Below are positions 36,095 to 47,094 of a DNA stretch of 48,106 nucleotides, piece by piece (position 1 is the stretch's first letter; each line of letters begins with the position of its first letter). The stretch covers positions 72,846,878 to 72,894,983 of the forward strand of contig NC_057711.1 in assembly GCF_004010195.1 (NCBI RefSeq), written 5' to 3'. Below the pieces are notes generated by a model. It ran no database searches and was not told where the DNA came from. It was given only the letters and a program-made list of their open reading frames with translations. The stretch comes from Chiloscyllium plagiosum (taxonomy: Eukaryota). Both the position numbers and the translations under genes were made by a program.

Positions 36095-37240
36095 GGAAAG
36101 TTAGAAGCCTGGAAGTACTATGTTGTCTGATTGCAATGTTTCCTCAGGTATGCAAGCCTGATCCAGGAAATAGATGTAAAGTCACTCTATTTGTGGATAT
36201 GACAGTTGAAGATGTCAGATTTCACAGGTTTGGGATCTTGACTGAGCTCATTTAAATTGAAAGGCTGAATTCCATCAGACTGGGACTCATAGCCTCATGG
36301 TCATACTTAAAGTGCCAATTATCTCCCCAGAAAGGTTGGCCAGCAGCCTGTCTCCCAATTTTGTTAAACCCAGGACGAGCAAATTGAAGGTGATTTTGGA
36401 CAAAATACAATATGAAACCCAGACACATTGTGAGGAAGGCAGTGTGGAACTTCAAAAGGACATAGACAGACAGGGTGAGCAAATAGGTGACAGATGAAAT
36501 TTAATGTGGATAGGTGTCAGGTGATGCATTTTAGTAGGACAATATAAAATAAGGTGTACAGTTCTTAAGGGGGTGCAGTAGCAGAGGGACCTGCGTGTTT
36601 ATATGCATAGACCACTGGAGGTGACAGAACAGGTGTGAAGACTGGTTAATAAAGCATACTGGGCTTTATTAATCGTGATGTGGAATACAGGAGCAGTGCA
36701 GTTATTCTGTATGTATTTTAATGACACTTATTAGACCTCAACTGGAATACTGTGCACAGTTCTGCATGCTAGACAATAGAAAGGAGAGAGTGTAGCAGAG
36801 TTATAAAAAATGGGTCCAGGGCTGTGAAACATCAATTATGAGGATTGACTGGAGTGGTTGGGACTGATTTCCTTACAGAGAAGAAGTCGAAGAGGAGATC
36901 TGATAGTTTTGTCATGAATGGGGTAGATAGGGAGAAACTGTTTCTGGTCATAGAACAGATCGAGAACAAGAAGGCACACATTGAAAATGATTTTCAAACA
37001 AAGCATTTGTGATGCAAGAAAAAGTCTTTTTTACATAACAAATGTTTCCGGTCAGGAATGCAAGTAGGTTCAATTGAGGGATTCGAAAGGCCTTGCTTAT
37101 GTTCAAATAATCATCCAATGTCCAAGGGTGGGGAAAATGGCAAGTGATTTGTGCCAAGTCTTAATGCTCATTGGAGAGCTGATGGTAGACACAATGGGCA
37201 GAACGGACTTCTACACTGTAACGATACAGTGATTCTCTGA
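36095..37240 (+). mobile_element. Old CR1 3' fragment
   Basis: Decayed ELQKDIDR...QMKFNVDRCQVMHF, LIRPQLEYCAQF and RRSRRGDL; 3' UTR ending GATTCT. Confidence 0.8.
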
Positions 37241-37594
37241 AGAAAGGGTTTTTAATATTTAACCACTGAACATGTTCTCTCTTATTTTTAAGAATTGCAC
37301 CTGGAGTCTAAACCGCAAAACATAAATTGTATTCAAGCCATATATGAAACAGCAAGTTAAAAATTAGGACAGAATTTTGGCAAAGATATATAGAGGAAGA
37401 GAAAGAAGATCTGTAGGAAAAGGAAACAAAACATTTTGATGAATTCTCCAATGCTAACCTCATTCTGATGGATTTAAAATCCACGTTGGCAAGAAAGAGG
37501 TTGTTTGGCAGTAATTACAATTTATCATGCTAATAAATAAAAAGCCCAACTGAAACTGGCTTTTTAGGGGTAACCATTAGGCCAGTAGCTCATA

Positions 37595-37756
37595 GTAGGA
37601 GCAAATTACTACAGATGCTAGAATCTGTACCAAGAACAAAAAATGCTGAAAATCACAGTGGGTCAGGCAGCATCCATGGAGAGAGAGCAAGCTAACATTT
37701 CTTGTCTAGATGACTCTTCATGATGCTAGCTGACCCGCTGTGATTTTCAGCATTTC
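37595..37756 (-). mobile_element. Penelope-like end with 26-bp inverted duplication
   Basis: GGGTCAGGCAGCATCC motif as in the other PLE ends. 37641-37666 is the reverse complement of 37730-37755 with one mismatch. Confidence 0.65.
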
Positions 37757-39467
37757 AGTGCCTTGTGTTCACACCAATCCAGTCAGTTCAATGCCAAGTA
37801 AATGAGTTCAGACTGTTACATCACAGCATGTGGAGGAGCAAAGTATTTCTGACAGCAGCTTTTGAACGTCTGCATTTACTTGAATATGTGCATTCAATTT
37901 CTTAATGATAGTGTTCATCTCATCATTAATGCTATCTAAAATTGGAGTAATGTTCAGGACCCCTTGCCCTCAGTGCACACAAAATACCTAGGAGTATTTG
38001 CAACACTGATTTAAATTATGACGATAACTACTTTACTAGCATAGTCTGTCGTTTGTGCGTTGCCAGCAATTTTAATGTGGCAAATTCCACAACATAAAAA
38101 AGCAACAGGATAATACAAATCTATTTCTACATCAAGTAGGTTTCTAATCTAAAGGGGGCATTACAGAGGGATTTGGCTTTTATTGATTTTGACTTTTACA
38201 TATACACAAGCATCATGCACTGACATAGACACTCAATAGTGTGAATACATGCTTACTTTCTGCAGAAAGCTGATTTAATTTTATCTGAATTGTTTACACT
38301 TCAGGATATGAAAATACATTTTTTAATGCACTGCATCTTTTTGACAGTGTGGCAACTGAGTTGACCTGGCAGTAATTGAAATGGGTTTGAAATGGAAAGT
38401 AAGAAGGGGAATAAACTATTTTGATACATTTCAATCTGGCAATCAGTTACATTCTGTTGCAGTGTCTATCAGTCAGCATATGCTTATTACACATTCACTC
38501 AACAACCTACATTTCTTATCTGTAGCTGAAGGTGTAAGTGAATCAGAAATAAAAAGCATAGACCAAAAAAATCTATAAATCTAGAGCCTATTATTTCAAT
38601 GTGATTAAGAGCAATGCAAGGTTTGTGTGTGTGTGTGTGAGTTAGAGATGTGTGGGGAGTGGTGCTTGTTGGGGGAGGCAGGGATTAGCATGGATAGTAC
38701 ACGTGGGTGTGGCTTTTATTGCTTCTCAGTTTTATAGATCTGGGGAATGAGAATGGAGCTGGAGGCAAGATCTTGATGCCACAAGTGAACACAGCTCCTA
38801 AATTGTGCATTTTGTAATGTACATTAATACCATAACATGTTCAGAATTTTACCATTTTTCAAATATCAATCTTATAACCTTAAATCATAAGACATCTTAC
38901 AATACTGTCCATTTAAGTAGATAGTACGTCACACAGAATTCATGACTGAATCAATATTAGTATAAACTGTTATGCTTAGTTCTTCAATATTTTGTGAACA
39001 AGCATATTGTAATTGTCACTCCCTTTTATAAATTAAAGTAAAATGTTATTGCATTTTATATGACTAATCTTGTGTGCTATAACCAGATTAAGTAAGAGTC
39101 ACATTTTTCCCCAACATACAAATACAAACAGTTCAAATTTGACATTATATTTAGTGTACTACAGATTTGTTTCTCACAATATAGTAAAGGTGGCTCACTA
39201 CATTTGCCATGACAATAATATATTGCTGAAACTAATTCCGATCTATAAAATTAGAGGAGAACATCAATGAAGTCACTTAATACCATCTTGTAGCCTACTA
39301 TTTCATTTATGGGTACACCAATCAGAAAATCTGAAGTGCAATATGCTAACCTTGTTCTGAAAGAACTACTTTTCTGCAAAATTGTACTTTACATAAGGTG
39401 CAACACGGGTCAGTTTCTTTTATGCCTTGAACTGCTTCAGGATTCCTGTCATTATAGGTTACATTTA

Positions 39468-39686
39468 TTATGTGCATCCACATTTCATGTCAAAAATTCC
39501 CTGGTGTGCCCACTTCAGTTCATTTTTCATGGTATCCAGCCCATCAGTACAGTAATTGTTTATGTTACCAACTACATCTTGATCACAAGGGATGGGCTTT
39601 GCAAAGCCCACAGAAGTGAGTGTGATGGCAGGTGGGTACAAAGAGTTGTGCAGGAGGATGTGCTCAGATTCCCAGTAGCAGAAAAA
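39468..39686 (-). CDS. Probable last coding exon (72 aa + stop) of an unidentified host gene
   Basis: Minus strand: pyrimidine tract TCTTCCTATGTTGCTTTGTTACAG, then phase-0 FFCYWESEHILLHNSLYPPAITLTSVGFAKPIPCDQDVVGNINNYCTDGLDTMKNELKWAHQGIFDMKCGCT-TAA-TAA. An AT-rich, repeat-free, 3'-UTR-like region follows, with candidate AATAAA signals (~38715, ~38180). Confidence 0.65.
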   Translation of the reverse strand, partial: FFCYWESEHILLHNSLYPPAITLTSVGFAKPIPCDQDVVGNINNYCTDGLDTMKNELKWAHQGIFDMKCGCT

Positions 39687-39896
39687 CTGTAACAAAGCAA
39701 CATAGGAAGATAACAAAATGGCAAACTCATTTGTTTGGCAATTATATGTAATTGTCCACTTGCATTAGATTTAAATGCATTTTAGCATGACTTAATCATG
39801 GAAATTTCTCCTTCCAACCCACACAATTTTGTTAAACTCATGTTTTTCCTTCATCTTCAGTAAATGGTTTAGAGAGAGCTGGCAACTTCCTCCACG

Positions 39897-40799
39897 TGTC
39901 ATTTCCATGTATGATGTAGGGTGTGTGATTTTTAGATATATTTAATATGATTGATTTTAGAGTTTGGATATTAAACAAGTGACATGTGGCGGGGTTTAGT
40001 CTATTTCTGTGAAGGGATTTAATGATTAATTTATCACTATTTATACAGCCATTTTTTAAAATCAGTATGCGATAGATAGCTCCCAGAGTGCAAATTGAAA
40101 TTTATTTGTATTGGGAGAGTTTTACAAATGGCCAGAATAAATATTGATCAGCATCAGACTGTTTTCAGTGAGAATGATCAGGAATGTATTTATTGAAAAA
40201 GGAGACAACTATAGCTTGGGAGCATTGTGTTTCAATTTTCAGATATTCCAATTGAAGTTAGATATATAAAACAGTTTCTCATGGAGCAAGGAGTTAGTTG
40301 AGAAAGGTTTGAAATGTTAAGTCTTTACTTAGAAAGTTCCAAATTAGAAGGATTTGATGAAAACTCCGAAGGGGTTACTTAAAGTTGAGGAAGCTCAGTT
40401 CTTTGAGTATTTAAACAACAAGCTATCAGGTTCTCAAGACTGGGTATTGGAAGCAAACGTTAAGACAAATCTACAGATATAATAGAAAAGGGATTTCATT
40501 TGGTGTTTGAGAATTGTAAAGGTTTGCTGTTGGGTTACATGGAATCTTGCATTTTACTGTGCATTTTGATGCCTTTCAAATTGTGCAAAATACAGTAGTT
40601 TGATTTATCATATTTCATCTTCTTTTGCTCTATAAGCTTCTGTTTTATTGTTAGAACCAAATTTGCACCATTGTTTGCTTGTGTTTATGTGAGAGTCCAC
40701 CCAAAGAAGAAAAAAATCAAGACATATTTTAGTCTAGAATCTGACATGGCCAGTAATAACATAAACTAGGATCATAACAATTGGGGACTCTTGTGGGAT
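39897..40799 (+). mobile_element. Old 5' LTR with tRNA-Pro-like primer-binding site; internal region not recognisable
   Basis: TGTCAT...ATAACA (39897-40779) termini, then AT and TGGGGACTCTTGTGGGAT (14/18 match to the Pro PBS TGGGGGCTCGTCCGGGAT). Confidence 0.6.
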
Positions 40800-41499
40800 T
40801 TTCATTCTCTGGACTTAGAAAGGATTTGTGTCTTTCTTTTCAAACAATTACAAGTGCATGGTTGTTCTGGACATAAAATGCTGTATTGTGGTGATGTCTA
40901 TTGCACCAAATGTAACATCTGTGCCATCCATTTTCATCTCACTTAATACCTGCCTATCTCTCATTCAAGGAGAAGAATGAGTCAAGCCAGGTGGTGGACT
41001 GTGGGAGTTTTGGCTCCACACTCCTTATAAAGACAGGATCTGTACTCTGACTGCCCCAAATGGCTGACTGACCATGTTCAAGTTTCTGGACTGCTACTGA
41101 AGGCTGACCTTGACTTGCTGAACCAGGGTACACTGACAGAGGACTGCTAACAACCAGAACAAATTTCCTGCCTTTGTGTCTCCACTAAATGTCAAGGCAA
41201 GCCAGAAGTAATATTAACATGTTATCTCTGGCTATAGGGCAAGCACAAAACACAAGGCAAGACAGGAATGCCATGATCATGTGGGTAGGCTCAAAGGTGA
41301 GTGAGTGCTAAGAGAGCAAATGAATGTTCTGAAGATGTAGCCAGGTCCAGTCCATGAGTTGGCTGTGTGTATCTGAGTGCAAAGTGTCCTTGCTGGAGAA
41401 TTACAAAGGTGCACCAGTACATCTTAAGATGCAGCACTGAAGTGGAGGAGCACCATTTAAGTGGATCAGACATGTGCCTTGAGGCTGGTGCATGCCAGT

Positions 41500-42286
41500 T
41501 GTTATGGACCAGGCCAGACTGCCCTCAAAATATTTTAAAAAGGTGGTCTAGACCCTAACTTTTTCCTATTTTAAAGGTAGGTGTGAAGCTGGTGTTCCAT
41601 ATGTGATGCAACTGGTCAAACCACTCGGCTTTAAGCAAAACCACTCAACAGCACCTCCATGGACAACAGTCACATGCACCCCACATTCATGGACATTGTG
41701 TGACGATGCTGTCACTTTTAAAAGGTTAATTTGTCCTTGGCTTTTTTGAAGAGAGGCTGTAAAGGCAGAGGTGCTGAAGTGGCTGCGGTGAGTGTGAATT
41801 AAGAGGTTTTTTTAACAGTTTAACAATGGAAGGGCAGTGGCCTTATTTATTTATTTAAACACTATAGTTGAAACACGAACAAAAGAACATGGAATTTAGA
41901 TTAACTTAATTATTGAAAAACTGACCCAATACAGCAACTTAACTAATTAACTGTTCCAATATCATAATGTCCCATAAACACACTCATTGGAGAAAAAAAA
42001 TTAAAACTCAGATTCTTACAGGCGGGAGAGAACAATATCCAGAGAGACTTCAGAGAAAGTCATTTACTGAAGCTTGCAACCCTTCTGGACTCCAACATCT
42101 TGTGACTGCTACAATTAAAATAACTGAACTGGGAGAACTGGCCACTGCCCTTCCATTGTTAAACTGTTAAAAGAAAACTCTTAATTCATGCTCGCCGCTA
42201 GCCACTTCAGCACTTCTGCCTTTACAACCGCTCTTCAAAAAAAAACAAGGACAAATTAACCTTTTTAAAGTGACAGCATCGTCACA
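41500..42286 (-). mobile_element. Solo LTR containing an inverted duplication
   Basis: TGTTATG...CGTCACA termini; 4-bp flanks CAGT/CAAT; AATAAA signals on the minus strand at ~41847-41855. Confidence 0.65.
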
Positions 42287-42346
42287 CAATGCCCATGAAT
42301 GTGGGATGTATGTGACTATTGTCCATGGAGGTGCTGATGAGTGGTT
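41639..42346. repeat. ~205-bp imperfect inverted repeat (arms 41639-41842 and 42140-42346)
   Basis: The arms align as reverse complements with scattered mismatches, e.g. GTGTGACGATGCTGTCACTTT / AAAGTGACAGCATCGTCACAC. Confidence 0.93.
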
Positions 42347-42639
42347 AGCAACATGGAAGTTCGACCAGCTATGCCCTTTAACCTTCTCAGCACCTAGTTT
42401 CCACATTGTGAGCGGTACAATATAAAGCTGCATATTAATGAGACAAGATCTGCAGTTAGTAAGGTGGTTCGCAGACAATAATCCTCTTCATACGCAACTC
42501 TACACTGCCCAGTGAGAATCTTGCCTCAATGCCCAAAACCTAGTTTAAAGATAAAGCTAGTTGTTCCCAACACCAAAATTGACAACACTGTAACTTGTTG
42601 CATGATTCTGCAACAGTTTTTGCCATAGCTCATGTCATT

Positions 42640-42910
42640 CAGGCCCCAAGAGATTCTACACAATGTTTCCTCACGTGGGTAATTAGGGGTCCATCCATTT
42701 AAGATAATTACCAAGAAATCCAAGGTGGATTTCAGAAGGAACATCTTTACCCAAAGGGTGGTAAAATCTAGCACTCACTACCATAGGAGTGATTGGAGTG
42801 AATAGCATAAGTGCATTTACAGGGAAACTAGACTAGCGGTGTAGTTGTGGGAGAAGACATTTAGATGATGAAAGATGGAACATTCAAGTTGAGCCTCAAA
42901 GTCCTGTTTG
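42640..42910 (+). mobile_element. Old CR1 3' end remnant
   Basis: FRRNIFTQRVVKI*HSLP-like coding sequence at 42730-42785. Confidence 0.6.
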
Positions 42911-43191
42911 TTAAATACACAATTTATGGCCCACGTATCCTGTTCTGTCTTCATGCGTCATTGACATACATCAGTTTGTGTTTCAAAGCATTAAAATTGA
43001 TCTGCACATTCTTAAAAATTCTTTCATCTCCTGCAACACCCTCCAAATCTTAAGATACCTTCTGCAGCAGCTACCAGTCTTCCCAATCTGTTTATTTTTT
43101 AAAAAGTACAAATTTGTCTCATCACCACCATCCACCACCCACCAAGTGATGGAAACTTTGGTCAGTTCTGTTCCTAACCACAGCTGCAAGT

Positions 43192-43961
43192 CTACTAATT
43201 GCTACTCTTATATAAGTCTTCTTTAAAGCCATATTTTTTGCTAGGATTTGATCTTTAGCTCTATTTTTCTCTCTGCATAGTTTATTCACTCCCTTTTCCT
43301 GCTAACCCTTTTTGTAAAATTATATGGGATACTTTTCATTGAAAGTGTTCTATAAATGTAAGCTTTTGTTTGAATTTGCTGTTTATGTCATTATGTTAAA
43401 ACTACACACAAATCAGCTGATTTCAATCAAGACAATATCCCTCTAAATATTGGTACCGTCATGCATCTTTATATAAAATATAAATACTATATTTGTTACT
43501 GGAGTACTACATTGTATATTTTTTTTCAATTCTGTGATCAGGAATTACAGATTCTTTTCATTAAGTCAAAGAATGAAACTCTGCTCAAATCACTATTGAC
43601 TTCAAAATGAAATATAGACTTCTGCACCACTATATCGGAGACTATACCATCTTACTGGCTCCAAATAGCGCCTTTATATTGATCAGAATTGATGGGAACC
43701 AGACAAAAAAAGCATATTTTTCTGTGTGTGTAAGAGACTCCTAACTGGAGGAATCAGCCCAGTGACACAAGGAAACTCTGAGAGATCACAGACGAGGATT
43801 GAAGTCAATGGACCCAGAACAGAAGATCTCCCCCCACTCCTCAGACCTCTGTCTGCATCCACCTACTAATTGCTACTCTTATATAAGTCTTCTTTAAAGC
43901 CATATTTTTTGCTAGGATTTGATCTTTAGCTCTATTTTTCTCTCTGCATAGTTTATTCACT
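43192..43961. repeat. Exact 99-bp dispersed direct duplication (43192-43290 and 43863-43961)
   Basis: CTACTAATTGCTACTC...GTTTATTCACT is identical at both positions on base-by-base reading. Confidence 0.95.
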
Positions 43962-44153
43962 GTCAGCAGATTGATGTGCTTCTTTAGACAAAAGGCGAGG
44001 TGATAGTCTCCTTCTCTTCAATGGTGGCTTGCTCCAAGTGTCTCTGCTGGCTACAAATAGATTGAAAGAAGATGAGTTCTCCATGAGGTCCTCCACCCAT
44101 GCTGGGGAACTCCAATAGCCTGTTGAGGAAATGTTGGCAACCCAGTGACATGT

Positions 44154-44203
44154 GTTAAAAATCACACAACACCAGCTTATAGTCCAACGGGTTTAATTGG
44201 AAG
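44154..44203 (-). mobile_element. Short repeat end (probably Penelope-like) interrupted by the provirus
   Basis: GTTAAAAATCACACAACACCAG.TTATAGTCCAAC.GGTTTAATTGGAAG matches a common shark repeat end as I recall it, and it stops abruptly at the LTR's TG. Confidence 0.5.
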
Positions 44204-44936
44204 TGCAAGCGGGCATCAGAGCCGCCCCGCATTTGCCACGGGACTATGCCTACATCAGGAAACGATAAGAATTCATTTTTGTGTTTTAAACAGCAGTCAC
44301 AGCTTTAAACCCACAAAAACTCAGCAGCTGCCGGTCTGCCCACGTGACTGGGAGATAGGAGACAGAGGACAGATCGAATCCACACTAGACCAACATTAAC
44401 CATGACTCATGGGCCAAAACTCCAGAATTAATTAAATATGGAAACCCATCACCTAATCACATCAAGAGACTGACTGAAACACACCCATACCCATCAATAC
44501 GGAGCCATTCTGACACAAAGGACAGACATCCATCAGACAGGAACGGACAGACCAATACACACCAACACCCCAAGGGAACAAAGGGGGGTGCTAGCCCCTG
44601 CCCTCACAGAGAGAGACAAGCAGATAATACCCGGACCCCTTTTACATAAACCAATTAGCACCCTATTGTGCGTGCCCTGCAACTCTCCTGGGACGGCAGG
44701 AAACAGCCTATTCGCACCTACTCCAGTGATGATGGGGAACTATCATCCCATTCATCCTCAAATCCCACACATCCTGACAACTAAAAGTATATAATATGAA
44801 GCTGCGCGTGGGAACAGCAGAGCCGTCGAGATTCGGACCTCGGTTGGTCTCCGCCGGCGTTACTGCAGTAATAAACGTTACCGATTGTTGAACCGCACTC
44901 TGGGCTCGGACTGATATCATTTCATCCGCGCTAACA
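44204..44936 (+). promoter_or_regulatory. 5' LTR (733 bp)
   Basis: TGCAAGCGGG...CCGCGCTAACA imperfect inverted termini; CCAAT at ~44651; TATATAA at 44788-44794; AATAAA at 44870-44875; PBS 2 nt downstream. Confidence 0.85.
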
Positions 44937-44938
44937 AT

Positions 44939-44956
44939 TGGGGGTTTCGTCCTGGT
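44939..44956 (+). promoter_or_regulatory. Primer-binding site, tRNA-Pro-like
   Basis: TGGGGGTTTCGTCCTGGT compared with the canonical Pro PBS TGGGGGCTCGTCCGGGAT; imperfect match. Confidence 0.7.
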
Positions 44957-45753
44957 TAACGACGGCTGCTGGATCCCTGCGACGGCACTGGGGCAGTAGC
45001 TTTACTCTTTTACTTCTCGTGTAAAAGTCTCCCAGTGCACCGCAAGGGACTTCACTGCCGGCCGTTATCTGAACCTGTGAACAGAGTGAGTCCGCCAGTC
45101 GTGTAACGGTAGTGTACTCTTTAAAAGTGTGTGTGTGTCTGTGAGTGATCCTTCGCGGGTGGCCTGTTTAAAAACCGACCAAACAAGCCTTCCTGGTTGA
45201 CCTCTGCAGTGGGAGTTAGGGGACCCCATTGTACGTTGAGCCCGGTTTTAGCGCCTTCCTTGCGTACGCGTCCAGCGGTAGAGGCTGGGAGGTCTACGCG
45301 CGCTACAAGAAGGGAAGTCCTCCAAACCACCCCGAGACGCGGGGCCTTTGGGCCAACCGGCAGTTATACGCTCTGCCCATTGACCTCGTGGTCCCGAGGT
45401 ATTGGCCTCTGTAGGATCAGGCGCGACTAAGTCTGACTTCACGCCCCCCCCCCTCCCACTCCGGCCCCCCCTGGTTCACGCCCAGTATTTGTGGGGTACA
45501 CACGGCCGCTGAACCTCAGGCAGTGAGAGAGAGACTCACGGAAACCCGGGGTTGCGCGCTCAGTAATCGACACGCCCCGTCTGTAACTATTCCCCCCCTG
45601 CCCAGGTTGACCCGCGGGGCTAGGGTTCGACTTGAAGGGGGTGAACTCCCCGACTGGGAGATTAAATAAGCCAGTGCCAGCGACATCCCTAGCAAGCCTG
45701 CTAGCTTTAATTTAAGTTAGCTTCTGTTAAGTTACACCCGCTGCAACCCTACC

Positions 45754-47094
45754 ATGGGTGGGAGCGCGGCCGAAGACCTAGATTGGGGGCCAGAGGGATC
45801 CCTTACCCGTTTTATAGCCGACAAGAATAAGACATTATTAAGGCTATGCTTCGCTCAGGCTGGGAGCCCGCTGACCCGCTGGATGTACAGCGCGAGTGGT
45901 GGGCCCGCCAGAAGAAAGATAGGTACGAGAAAGCTTGCGTCCTGGTGCTGCAGGCACACATCAGGCTTGCTGGCAAGGTTCAGCTCTATGTCCAAGACAA
46001 GAAGCAGCAGGCCTCGGAGCATCTAGAAGCCCAGGCGCTTGCTGCCCGTACGGTTTTACCGACCTTAACCGATGCACCCAGTGCCCCGCCGTCTCCCACC
46101 TGAGACTGGGAGGGGCTCACGGACAATCAGGACCCCCGGGAATCGTGCTCGGGCTATGCCCGTGCAGTCCCGGTGAAAGTTGAATATACCCCCGGGGGGG
46201 AGGACGGGCCACGACCCTTGCCCATAACCCCCGCTTTAAGATGACCTATGTCTCCCTGACCCCGGGCGACACCATGAAACTTCTGGACAGGCTCCCCACC
46301 CTTAAGCCCCGGTACAATAACGCAGAATTTTGGCAGAGGCTTAGGGAGATGCAGATCTGCCACAACTTTCACAATTGGGTCGTGGCCGGCCTGGTTCGGA
46401 CCAAACTCCCGGAGAACCTGTGGTCCAGGCTCCGGCCCGCGCACCAGGCCGGGTCCTGGTGCGCTGACCTCAGCGAACAGGAGGTTGCCCTCGCCGACTT
46501 CAAGGCTGATGTCAGCGAGGCGCTCGGCCATACACCGGTCAACTGGAACACCATTGTGGGTATCACTCAGAAGCCTGGGGAGGGCGCCCAGGAATATGGG
46601 GTCCGCAAGTTTGGGGCGTTCCGAGCACACAGCGGGGTTCCCGACGCTGATAGGCAGAACCCCGCATTCATTCAATTATACAAAGACAGCCTGAGCCCCG
46701 CACACCAGGCAGTCCTACGGACGGGCCTGGCGCCCTATGTCACCTTTGCGGAGCTTGAGAACTGGGCCATGTCCCTTGACAACCGAGCGGCGCCCGCCGT
46801 AGCGGCAGTTTCGACGGTCGGACTGGATGTTTGCTTCCGCTGCAAACGGACGGGGCACCGCAAAGCCCAATGCCCGCTCTCTTTCCGACGTCCCTGGGGC
46901 CAGAAGGGGGGCCGGCCACCCTCACAGCCGCACTCTTCACGCCCCCACAACCAGGAACGCCCCAGACAAGGGGTCGACAGCGACCCCGGACCTCAAAGGA
47001 CCCAAGCCCGAAACCCACCACCCCCGACTGGGATCAGCTCAGTCAGGGCCAGCTGCTCGAGCTTTTACAGATGCTCGCTCGACGCAAAGACTGA
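45754..47094 (+). pseudogene. gag: Retroviral gag, disrupted by frameshifts and a stop
   Basis: Kozak ACCATGG and MGGS start (frame 1). Frame 3 WWARQKK...DAPSAPP then TGA at 46101. Frame 2 capsid with MHR-like ITQKPGEGAQEYGVR and zinc knuckle CFRCKRTGHRKAQC. Frame 1 tail DWDQLSQGQLLELLQMLARRKD-TGA. Confidence 0.88.

Noticed and set aside
39468..39686. TGF-beta/cystine-knot identity for the exon ending CGCT
   Set aside because: It lacks the CC-x-P motif and the cysteine spacing of the TGF-beta mature domain, so no gene symbol is assigned.
43953..44165. 70-aa minus ORF as an upstream exon of the host gene
   Set aside because: No convincing splice sites. It faintly resembles a decayed LINE endonuclease N-terminus but is too weak to call.
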